Assembly: GCF_963921235.1 (NCBI RefSeq)
Contig: NC_086118.1
Coordinates: 24,616,001 to 24,680,000, forward strand
Reading direction: 5' to 3'
Length of the DNA: 64,000 nucleotides
Source of the DNA: Mobula hypostoma
Taxonomy: Eukaryota
This document shows, one piece after another, positions 51,700 through 62,320 of this stretch; position 1 is the first letter of the stretch; each line of letters starts with the position of its first letter. Both the position numbers and the translations under genes were made by a program. A model generated the notes under the pieces. The model was not told the origin of the DNA and ran no database searches. It worked only from the letters and a program-made list of their open reading frames with translations.

Positions 51700-52780
51700 C
51701 TTGGCAGGAGGCTGGAGGCTGGAGGCAGGGGACCCAAAGCGAGGCGCGGCTGGAGGCTGGGGACCCGAGGCGAGGCGCGGCTGGAGGCTGGGGACCCGAG
51801 GCGAGGCGCGGCTGGAGGCTGGGGACCCGAGCAGAGGCGCGGCTGGAGGCTGGGGACCCGAGCAGAGGCGCGGCTGGAGGCTGGGGACCCGAGCAGAGGC
51901 ATGGCTGGAGGCTGGGGACCCGAGCAGAGGCGCGGCTGGAGGCTGGGGACCCAAGCAGAGGCGCGGCTGGAGGCTGGGGACCCGAGCAGAGGCGCGGCTG
52001 GAGGCTGGGGACCCGAGCAGAGGCTGGAGGCTGGGGACCCGAGGCGAGGCGCGGCTGGAGGCAGGGTTCCCGAGGCGAGGCGCGGCTGGAGGCAGGGGAC
52101 CCGAGGCAAGGCGCGGCTGGAGGCTGGGGACCCGAGGCGAGGCGCGGCTGGAGGCTGGGGACCCGAGGCGAGGCGCGGCTGGAGGCTGGGGACCCGAGGC
52201 GAGGCGCGGCTGGAGGCTGGGGACCCGAGGCGAGGCGCGGCTGGAGGCTGGGTTCCCGAGGCGAGGCGCGGCTGGAGGCAGGGTTCCCGAGGCGAGGCGC
52301 GGCTGGAGGCAGGGGACCCGAGGCGAGGCGCGGCTGGAGGCAGGGGACCCGAGGCGAGGCGCGGCTGGAGGCAGGGGACCCGAGGCGAGGCGAGGCTGGA
52401 GGCAGGGGACCCGAGGCGAGGCGAGGCTGGAGGCAGGGGACCCGAGGCGAGGCTGGAGGCTGGAGGCAGGGGACCCGAGGCGCGGCTGGAAGCTGGAGGC
52501 AGGGGACCCAAGGCGCGGCTGGAAGCTGGAGGCAGGGGACCCGAGGCGAGGCGCGGCTGGAGGCTGAAGGCAGGAGACTTGAGGCGAGGCTGGAGGTTGG
52601 AGGCAGGAGACTCGAGACGAGGCTTGGCAGGAGGCAGGAGACTCGAGACTCGAGGTGAGGCTTGGCAGGAGGCAGGAGACTTGAGACTCAAGGCGAGGCT
52701 TGGCAGGAGGCAGGAGACTCGAGACTTGAGGCGAGGCTTGGCAGGAGGCAGGAGGCTCGAGACTTGAGGCGAGGCTTGGC
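51700..52780. repeat. GC/CpG-rich 31-bp minisatellite
   Basis: Unit GAGGCGAGGCGCGGCTGGAGGCTGGGGACCC with blocks of variant units. It degenerates into related GAGGC-based units at both ends. Confidence 0.95.
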
Positions 52781-53120
52781 GCCTCCTGGTCAGGGCACGG
52801 TTCACCTGAGCAGGGCACTGTACTCTTGGGCAGGGTGCGGATCACCACCCGACAGAGGCTAGGGACAGGAAGGGATAGAACCAACCCCAGGTAATGGCAA
52901 GATGGCCTGGCTTACCTGGGCAGATGCAAGGGACAGGAAGGGAGCTAGGTGCAGGGGGGCTCCAGGACCAGACAGCAAGGCTCCTGGCAAAGCAAGGCCA
53001 GACAAGAACTTCAGGCGAGGCGAGACTTACTGGCAAGACAAGGCAGGGCTTCAGACGAAGAAACAGAAGGCAGAGGAAGGCAAACCAGGAGTAATGACAA
53101 GAACAATCCAGCAGCCACAC

Positions 53121-53651
53121 CTGTCTGTCTGTATCTTGTTTTACGGCGGTTGGCATCCAGCTTAATGGTGCATTACCGCCACCCTCTGCTCCAGAATGTA
53201 CACTAGACATACATTCTAAATCCCTTCACCCAATCTCTCACACACACACACACACACACAAACCTACACTTCACCCTCCCATCTTTGACCATCCTAGTAT
53301 CCTATTCCTATTCGTCATATTCTATAAAAAACCCCTGTACCCCTTAAAAACGCTAAAAATACCCAGACTTGTGCTCTCTCACACATGCCCAGCAACCCTT
53401 TTAATGTGAATTCCTGCATCCCCAACTCCCTTAATTTATTACTCATCATCTCTCTCTGTATCCCATACTTCCTGCAACACAAAACTACATGTTCTACTGA
53501 CTCCTCTTCCTGACATTCCTCACACAATCCTGTCTGGTGTTTCCCTATCATTTTCAATGTTTTGTTTAATGCACAGTGTCCCAGCCTTAACCTAGTCCAC
53601 ACAATTTCCTCTCTTCTGTTTCCATTACCTACCCTAGTAACTGCAACACTC
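53121..53651 (-). mobile_element. Nimb/I-clade LINE 3' end
   Basis: Encodes EEIVWTRLRLGH...LCEECQEEESVEHVVLCC (C-terminal CCHC region). 3' UTR GGCGGTAATGCACC...ACCGCCGTAAAAC and a (CAGA)n tail. Confidence 0.8.
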
Positions 53652-55667
53652 TGGTCTCTGAAGGTATTTATGCAGCCAGCCCCAACGAGCATCAGCTCCC
53701 TCAATTAACTCAACAAGAACAGAAACAGGGTAGATAGGAAAACCTGGAGCAAGGGTTGATGGACTGGACCGTGAACCGGAATACGGACTTCATGGACCGG
53801 ACTATGACATAAATGGGTGGTTTGGTGGGAAAGGAGGAAGAAGTAAGAAGCTGGGAGTTGATAGGTGGGAGAGGTAGAGGACTGAGGAAGAAGAATCTAA
53901 TAGGAGCAGACAATGGACTATGGGAGAAAGGGAAGGGGGCCACCAGAGAGAAATAAAGGCAGGTGATGAGAAAAGAAGGGGTAAAAGGGAACCAGAATGG
54001 TGAATGGAAAAGAGAGGAGGGGGAGGTGGAGAAATTAATCGAAGTTTGAGAAATCAAGGTTCATGTCATCAGGTTGGGGACTGCTTAGAAGGAATATGAG
54101 GTGTTCCTCCTCTGACCTGAGATTACCCTCATCATGGCAGTAAGGGAGACCACATACTGACATGTTGGAACCATAATGGAATGGGAATGAGAAGTCGAAT
54201 TGAAATAGATGGCCATTGGGAAAGCCCGCCTATAGTAGCACTTCAACGTTATGCCTTTGCCAGGAAGCGCTCGGGAGCTAACTTGGGGAGGGGTAGGTGC
54301 TCTGCAAATGCTTATTTTTTCTTAATACTGGAAGGAGACTTTCAACTGAGTCCAATTAAGCAGACTCCTGTCAAGCTGACAAGTCTAATTAGAATGAGCT
54401 CAATTGATGGTGTTTGCGTAGACCACGGTGCCGTGTAAAATGAGTTCAGTCTTTTTTCTTTCTCTATGATTGTACCAGTGAGGACATTCCTACTTCCAGG
54501 GTAAATTTAGCATTGGCTTATACGAAGTGAACGAATGTTGCATCATCATTTGCTGGTTATTGCTACCCGAAGAATACAAAGTTCTGTTTCCAACTAAAGG
54601 ATGGCAAGTGTATTTTTCTAATAGACCTGGATGGTAGATAGGGGAGAGGGACACCTCATTGTGCATGGTATGGCACAATATGGTAACAATATGTTGCTGT
54701 CTAAGTAATCAAAACTTTTACAACTCATTAATGTGTTTAGGTGAACCATCAGTTGTCTCAGGGTGGTTTTATTGCTGTGTAATTTACTGCAAGTTCCTCC
54801 ACCCTGACTAGCTGGGGTTATCAAAACAAATTTCACAACTGAGCTGAAAGCTAGTGTTGTCAAGCATAGCCTGCATAAACAATTTTACTTCTTCATGAAT
54901 GTCTTTTATTTGTTTTATGCTATAACTCTTATCTATTTCTTCACCTTTTGCTACCAGCTTAAACAGCATGATGTGGCCAAGGACTACATACATACAAGGA
55001 CTACATACTACATCTTGTATGAAGCCTGTTCTTTCCCCCTTTGGGGGCCACTAGCTAATGAAAACAAATTGTGTGCTCTGACATTTTAGTTTAGTCAATG
55101 GCCTCACTTATATTTCATTCTATTGATTTTATAATTATAGCTATGTAAAACATTTATATTTATTAAAAGATTACAAGGTGATTACTATTATAAATAGTTG
55201 AAGTGGATAGAATATGTTTGTTAAGTATTCTAGACATTCAATCTGATACATTTACAGTTTTTAAAAATGTAAATCGCAACAAGCTCAAATATCATTGTGG
55301 CCTGTTTTCCTTGTCCATCTTACATGCAAATAATAAAACAGAAGGGCTGTTCCCTGAGAGAAGGCTGTTCTCCTAAAATATCAAGGCTATGCCTTTATGT
55401 GCAATTTACCCAGTGATTTCTCTGACCTAATAAAATTATAAGCATTTTTATGAGGACGCTGGCTTGGATCATGCACTTTTAAACACTAGAAATATATTAT
55501 TATCTTACCAATCCCAAATGCACCCTATTTCATCATTATAGTAGGATATGTTGACTTTTAGACTAAGAAGTAATTCCAAAATTAAATGGAATGATTGATC
55601 TGATAGATATTAATAATTACATAACTACGACAATTTATACAACTACAAACTGTACAAAGGTAATGCA

Positions 55668-55795
55668 GTGAAGGGTCTCAGCCTGAAACGTCGACTGTTT
55701 GTTCATTTCCATAGATGCCTTCCTGACCTGTTGAGATCCTCCAGTGTTTTGTGTGTGTTGCACTGGATTTCCAGCATCTGCAGAATCCCTTGTGT
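55668..55795 (+). mobile_element. Penelope pLTR fragment with truncated hammerhead motif
   Basis: GAAGGGTCTCAGCCTGAAACGTCGACT...CCAGCATCTGCAGAATCC. The CUGA core is missing. Confidence 0.7.
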
Positions 55796-56399
55796 CCATA
55801 CGTAAGTAGTTAGTTTGCGAACCTCACAGGTGGTTCAGACAGACTTAGAGTCTGACTGCACGACTGCTTCTCATTTAAGACTGTGATGGATTTGTTACGT
55901 TTGCAAAACAATTGTCACTATTGAAATCACTGGCAGATATTAGCAAATTATGACACTCTCCCAAACTGCATTGACCACCCGAATCACATAAACAATCTGC
56001 AGCAACTTGTGCAGGATGATGCAAAGGTTTCCATGTCCTATTTTGTGTTTCTATTGGACTCACTTTCTGGACTGAGGCTATTTAGAGATTTTTTTTGACA
56101 ATCTCTGTGTGTGATATGACGCAGTTGCCTCTCCACCCCCTTCAGTATAAGGTGGGTTCTCTCCATTCCATTTTTTTTTTGCTGATTTTTTATAGAGGAG
56201 TAGGCTGTTATAATGTATCCCAGACATTTTTGTTGTTTGGATGAAAACCAAAAGTTCTATTAAAGTTGGCTTGGATACAAATGAAATCATCAGGATTATG
56301 ATTAAAAGCTCAGTAGCACCCTCTATGACCTAAACATTGTACTGCAGCCTGACTTCTACATGATTGTGTGCAGCCTTGTCTTGACCGGAACTCCAGGTA

Positions 56400-56826
56400 C
56401 AGGATGAGCACCCCTTATCCAAAATTGCAAAATCCAAAAACCTCAGCAACCTGAGTTATTTTTTGAGCACTGACATGACGTCACAAATGAAAAATTTCAC
56501 AAGGTGCTGGGAGGGTTCCCAGGCGATGCACAGATCTCTGCGCACCATGGACAGTTCCGAGAAGTGACTTCACATATCTAATGAACAGAGTTAATGAAAA
56601 ATAGCAACACTGTATGAAGAAAAATATGAAGATCTCGATTGTGTATTGAAAGAGTGGACTTGTGGGCATCAGAGTGAACATCAGTCATTTAACGGTATGC
56701 TGATCATGAAACAGAGATCTAAAAGGACAAACTGAAAACTGAAGTTAATTGTCAGTATTCAGCAGGCTGGTTGTAGAAATTTAAGAAAAAGCACAGCATT
56801 AATTTTTTAATTATTTGTGGTGATAA
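56400..56826 (+). mobile_element. pogo/Tigger (Tigger4-like) 5' fragment with CENP-B HTH remnant
   Basis: TA|CAGGATGAGCACCCCTTATCC terminus. Remnant peptides EDLDCVLKEW, FNGMLIMKQ and YSAGWL*KFKKKHSI. Confidence 0.75.
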
Positions 56827-56844
56827 TGTCTTTTATAAACCCTC

Positions 56845-58135
56845 TGAATCACACAGCTACCTGGACTATATCTCTTCTCAACCTGTACTTGTAAAAATGC
56901 CATCCCCTTCTATCCATTCCACCATCTCCTCTGCATCTGCTCTCAGGATGAGGCTTTTCATTTCAGAACTAAGGAGATGTTCTCCTTCTTCAAAAAAAGG
57001 GACTTCCCTTCCTTCACTTTCAATGCTGCCTTCAACTGCATCTCTTCCATTTTGTGCACGTCTGCTCTCAAGCCATTCTCCCACCGCACCGCCAGGGCTA
57101 GGGTTCCTCTTGTCCTCACCTACTACCCACCGGCCTCCATGTCCAGCACATAATTCTCCGTTCCTTTTGCCACCTCCAATGGAAACCCACCACCAAGCAC
57201 ATCTTTCCCTACCACCCTGCACATCCATTTTCTGCTTTCCACGGAGATTGCTCCCTACGCGACTCCCTTGTCCTCTGCCCCTCCCCACTGATCTCCCTCC
57301 TGGCACTTCTCCTTGCAAGCGGAACAAGTGCCCCTACACCTCCTCCCTCACTACCATTTAGGGCCTCAAACAGGCCTTCCAGGTGGGAGACACTTCACCT
57401 GGGAATCTATCGGGGTCATCTACTGTTTCCAGTGCTCCCGATGTGGCCTCCTGTATATCAGCGAGACCCAACGGAGATAGGGAGACCAATTTACCGAGCA
57501 CCTACACTCCATCCACCAGAAAAAGCAGGATCTCCCAGTGGCCACCCATCTTAATTCCACTTCTCATTCCTATTCCGACACGTCAGTCCATGGTTTCCTC
57601 TATGGCCGCGATGAGGCCACGCTCAGGTTGCAGTAGCAATGCCTTGAATTCTGTCTGAGTAGCCTTCAACCTGATGGCAAGAACATCAATTTCTTGAACT
57701 TCTGATAATGCCTCCCCCACTCTTCTTCACCATTCCCCATTCCCATTTCCCTCTCTCACTTTATCTCCTTACCTTCCCTTCACCTTCCTCTGGTGCTTCT
57801 CCCCCTTCCCTTTCTTCAACGTTCTTCTGTCCCCTATTAACAGATTCCCCCCCTCTTCAGCCCTTTATTTCTTTCACCAATTGACTTCCCAGCTCTTTAC
57901 TTCACCTCTCCCCGCTCCCAGTTTCAGCTATCAGCTACTACCTTGTATTTCTTCCTCCCTTCCCCCCACCTTCTTAGACTTCTCGTCGTTTTCCTGCAGT
58001 TCTGAAGAAGGGTATCAGCCTGAAATGTTGACTGTTTACTCTTTTCCATGCATGCTGCCTGGCCTGCTGAGTTCCTCCAGCATTTTGTATGTGTTGCTTG
58101 GATTTCCAGCATCTGCAGATTTTCTCTTGTTTGTG
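56845..58135 (+). mobile_element. Decayed Penelope-like element (thumb, GIY-YIG and pLTR)
   Basis: Colinear with 21705-22999 (PTDLPPGTSPCKRNKC, VIYC...LLYI). Degenerate hammerhead near 58000. Confidence 0.88.
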
Positions 58136-58383
58136 AAAAAGAATGTGTAGCTTGTTCTTCCTCCTTTGATGTTTCAGAGAACTGAAACTGAAGCAGTACA
58201 TATCTGTGACTCTCCAAAAGAAAGGCATAATATGATCCTAACTTGACAAACAAAGGTGTAATTACATATTAATCCCAATGTTGTTCATAATCCTCGATTC
58301 AGGTCAAAATTCATTCATGCATTCTTATCCCTTATGGGACCCAGATCCTCTGAACATCAAGCTTTTCTTCGGTAATGTGGTTA

Positions 58384-59045
58384 CTACTACTACTACATCG
58401 ACTCAGGCCTAGGGGGCCAGCGTCAGGCACGATGACGGACTCTCCACCTCTCCCTCTCCCTCATCAGTGTGTTCAGTTCATCTACATTAGCCGCGCCGCT
58501 GTCTTCTAGGAGCATGTTGATCATAGTATTGGGAGGGTGCCCAGGGTTCATCCTCTTGTGCTTGGGCTCCCATATGATGACTAGGCTGGCAGGTAGCTCG
58601 GGGTGGCGTAGACAGTGCCCCGCTAGTTGCAGTCTTCTCACCTCGATTTTAGTGGAGAGCATTGGTAGGTTGTTATAGAGCTCAATGTTCGTCCTGTGCT
58701 GTTGCCAACTCACATCAAGAGGCATCCAGAGCATTCGTGTATAGCAACCAGCTAGAGACTTTCACATCATCTTGGTGAGAGTCCACGTCTCACATCCGTA
58801 TGTGAGAATGGACTCTATGGCTGCTATGAAAATCCTTTTTTTAAGCCCTCTGGTCAGGTTCGACTTCCAGATTTCCTTCATATCGTTCATAGCCCTCCAC
58901 GCCAGCGCCTTCCGTATCTTTATGTCCTTCTCCGAACTCATCATTCTTGACCCGAGGTACTCGTAGTCAAAGACTTTCTTAATGGTACCATTCTCTACGG
59001 TCTTGAGAGTACCTTCGTCGCAGTTAAACGCCATGTACTCTGTCC
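58384..59045 (-). mobile_element. RTE-type LINE 3' fragment with (TAG)n tail
   Basis: Encodes YEYLGS...DIKIRKALAW...ILTYGCETWTLTK and RRLQLAGHCLRH. TSD AA(T/C)GTGGTTA at 58374-58383 and 59046-59055. Confidence 0.88.
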
Positions 59046-59677
59046 AACGTGGTTAATCTTGTTAAATTGCCACTGGAATATATATGGTACAATTTATTCT
59101 GAAAAGGAGGCCTTCTTATTCAGTAATGTGGGTGTCCTGATTATCTCTCAGTTCAAGAACACCAGATCAGGCTGAGTCTGGTCTACTGTCCGGATTCACT
59201 GCCTGTGGTATCAGACCAACACCAGACTTGCAGCAGGTGACCTCCTGCAGTGCTGAGATGACTAGAAGAAGGTGTCAGGAAACCTTGTGGATTGTATTTA
59301 TTGTCCATCAGTTCTCAGATATGTATACTGTCGTTTTATTGCTTTGGGCTGGATTGCTCAATGTGCCGCTGACAGCTGCTGGAATTTACCGGCTTGTCTT
59401 ATCGAGAGAAAGGGAAATGAATGAAGGCAACCATTTGACTCTGCTCAGACCTGTGTCAATCAGTCGTGCCTCAGTCATGACTCTGGACGTTCTTTGGAGT
59501 GCCAGCATCCTAGCGGATGTCCCAGTCTTGTATCAGTGAATGGTGCATGCTATTCGGGCATATCTGACAGGATTTGTGCAGATGGTATTCCGACCAGTGG
59601 GGCACAGCTCTGTGAGTTTAGCCCACAAGCGCATGGCCTTCCTTGATCTAGTCCCAAGAATTTCCAAAGTAGCAAGC

Positions 59678-60042
59678 TCCTTTCTCCCTCTGTCCCTCTC
59701 ACTATACTCCTTGCCCATCCTCTGGGCTTCCCCCCTCCCCCTTTCTTTCTCCCTAGGCCTCCCGTCCATCCCATGATCCTCTCGTATCCCTTTTGCCAAT
59801 CAACTGTCCAGCTCTTGGCTCCATCCCTCCCCCTCCTGTCTTCTCCTATCAGTCTGGATCTCCCCCTCCCCCTCCCACTTTCAGATCCGTTACTAGCTCT
59901 TCCTTCAGTTAGTCCTGACGAAGGGTCTCGGCCCGAAACATCGACTGTACCTCTTCCTAGAGATGCTGCCTGGCCTGCTGCGTTCACCAGCAACTTTGAT
60001 GTGTGTTGCTTGAAATTCCAGCATCTGCAGATTTCCTTGTGT
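59678..60042 (+). mobile_element. Solo Penelope pLTR
   Basis: Highly similar to 22637-22999 and to the reverse complement of 30061-30400. Confidence 0.88.
59911..59946 (+). ncRNA. Minimal hammerhead motif, helix III mutated
   Basis: AGUC-CUGACGA-AGGGUCUCGGCCC-GAAA-CAUC-GACU. A G>A change (CpG-type) breaks the ACGU palindrome. Confidence 0.55.
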
Positions 60043-60639
60043 TAGCAGAAGCTATTTGATTCTTCAGACCTGCTCTGCAATTTGACAGGAACGTCTTAAT
60101 ATTTATTTATCACAAACTATACACTTACCCAGCTACAGGCCTCCACCTGCCCCGTCTGCAAAAGAGTCCACTTTTTGCATAGCAGCCTCTTTATTCACCT
60201 CAGAGCACATAAACAAAACTGTACTCAATCCTAAGGGACAGCCTAAGAAGAAGAATATGCACAAAGGAAAATTTGTAGTTCCAATATTATATTTTTTAAA
60301 ATTCTGTTGTTTTCAAAGAGTATTGAGAAATGGACTCCAGGCCTTCCACAAAGGATTACTTGGCAGAGAGACAATGTGCTATAAGGAGAGGTGGCCACAG
60401 AAAGACAATTGCCTCTCCTTGGTAGGGTGCTGGGGGAGTAAAGCGCGATTAGCAACTGCAGTATTAAATCTGACATCATCGGCAGGGGCAAAATGTAACC
60501 ACGTGGTCTTCTAAGCATGTCGAAGAGGCCATAGTCCTTCAGGTTTCACTGATAAAGAGGGCTGGTAAGCTTTGTCGGCGATTGGGCATAGAGGCTGTGG
60601 GGTGATATTATAGCAAGTGCTATGTTCTTTTCAGTTGTT

Positions 60640-61200
60640 ATAGCCAGGGGTGGTAATAGGGACAAGGTCCCACTACCTATTAAATGCTCCCAATGGCGTG
60701 CGCCTCAAATAGCCTCCGACAACCAAGTCCAGCTCCTGGCCTTCACGTGTGGCTTAGCTACTAAGCCCGGCGGAACCATTTCTACTGACAGGAGAAGGGG
60801 CAAAGGCAGGTTACTGGTGCCTTAAAACCAGTCACTTCAGGCAGATGGGGCCTGTCACTCGTGTTTGCCAGCTCATCTAGGAGAAGGAAAACTCTGATCT
60901 CAAACCTCCGCTGCCTTACGGCTATACCTACTCATGGGGAAGGCTTCAGAAGTAAACCCTGAGGGAAAAATCTGTGGTTGGGGTCCCTAAGGTACTATAT
61001 TGAGCTCAATGCTGGCAGCACCTCCTGTGATGATGCTGGTACCAAACTGTGTCAGTCTCTACTGTAACTTTGGGGTCATCAGATGTGTGGAGAGCGGGAG
61101 CTTGCTACATGGGCAACAGCTTGCTCCCCATATTGTACTGCCCAGGCTTGCATATCTAGACATCCAGGATGCCATATCCATGATCATCCCTGACTGACAG
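60640..61200 (+). mobile_element. Probable RTE-related 5' region or non-autonomous repeat
   Basis: CATCTAGGAGAAGGAAAACTCTGATCTCAAACCTC resembles RTE 5' UTR motifs (from memory). Confidence 0.4.
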
Positions 61201-61641
61201 AGGTCCTTGCTGATCATAGATACAGTGAGTCAAACAGGCTGACCACAGGCGGATAATCAACCCGGAGTGATTATTCATAACTGGTAGGCATCATGCACTA
61301 ACTGGAAAGGTAAAGAGTAATAAATGCATAATGGAATAAAATTCCTTAGAAAATATCTTGGTGTCATGTTGAATCCTTTGTAAAGGATTTCTGGTGACAC
61401 TGTGGCATAGCTAGCAGAGCTGCTGCCTTTCAATACCAGGGTCTCAGATTCAATCCTGTCTACTTGGCTCTGTAACATCACAAGATACTTTGCCATCCTC
61501 AGAGCTTCATAATTTTGGATTGGGCTGGCTTCTAGCAATGAATCAGCACCAGTCTATTCAGAAGGTGCTGGCTGTGTCTGTGTGGAGTCTGTATGTTCTT
61601 CTCACGACCATGTGGATCAGGGTGGCCACAGGCGGGGCCAG

Positions 61642-61871
61642 TCTCTCTCCCCCCCCTCTCTCTCTCTCTCCCCCCCCCTCCCTCCCCCCTCTCTCTCCCT
61701 CTCTCTCTCCCCTCCCCCTCTCCCTCCCCCTCCTCTCTCTCCCCCCCTCCCCCTCTCTCCCTCCCCCCTCTCTCCCCTCTCTCTCCCTCCCCCCTCTCCC
61801 CCCGTCTCTCTCCCCCTCCCCCTCTCTCCCCCTCTCTCTCCCTTTCTCTCTCCCCATCTCTCTCTCTCCCT
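61642..61871. repeat. Polypyrimidine/polypurine (CT/CCCT) tract
   Basis: About 230 nt almost exclusively C and T on the + strand. Confidence 0.95.
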
Positions 61872-62320
61872 AACAAGGAACAGAGAGGTCAACATTTCCA
61901 CAGCGAGAGAGAGATCTACAGATTGCTGTTTCAACGATACAATCTGAAGCAACACTTACTCGAGCTCATCCAACTCGAGAACCAGCAGACTCTCCCCCTG
62001 TCCTCATCAAAAGAGACAGACAGACAGAGCACAATTGTTCCAATGCAGAGGCCTCTGATAGTTGCATGTTCTGTCCTGATGTTCCAATCGCCACGATGTT
62101 CTGGTTGGTGACACTGTCGAGGAATCACGTCAGCACCCTGAAGGCCACGAAGGCACACGTCTTCCAGGCCTTGAAAACAGCCGGTCACCGAGCTCTGGAA
62201 GTGGGAACTCACGACTGTATAGAATCACAGTTTGAAAGCTGTTTGATCACAGACTTCAACGGAATCCCAGCCTCCTTGTAAAGGACAAAAGAGACGTTAA
62301 AGAGAAGAATTTGAGATGTT
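61870..62320 (-). mobile_element. Diverged copy of the 1001-1843 repeat family
   Basis: Minus GGCCTGGAAGACGTGTGCCTTCG matches GGCCTGGAGGACGTGCGCCCTCG at ~1229, and further blocks are colinear. Confidence 0.6.

Larger units (their letters stand above)
51335..53809 (-). mobile_element. Solo LTR (Gypsy-like) expanded by a minisatellite and a LINE insertion
   Basis: Perfect terminal inverted 7-mer TGTCATA...TATGACA, 5-bp TSD TAAGT/TAAAT (one mismatch), and a TATA-like CATAAATA on the minus strand at 53665-53672. Confidence 0.8.
51135..54230 (-). mobile_element. Decayed Penelope-like 3' end split by an LTR insertion
   Basis: 51135-51334 and 53815-54230 join into one sequence homologous to 20204-20780. 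Confidence 0.75.

Noticed and set aside
51654..52884. Four ORFs of 292-407 aa (Pro/Ala/Arg-rich)
   Set aside because: They are by-products of a stop-free 31-bp GC-rich tandem repeat that is open on both strands inside an LTR.
61490..62281. Coding ORFs around 61.5-62.3 kb
   Set aside because: These are low-complexity translations of the CT tract plus a repeat homologous to 1090-1570.
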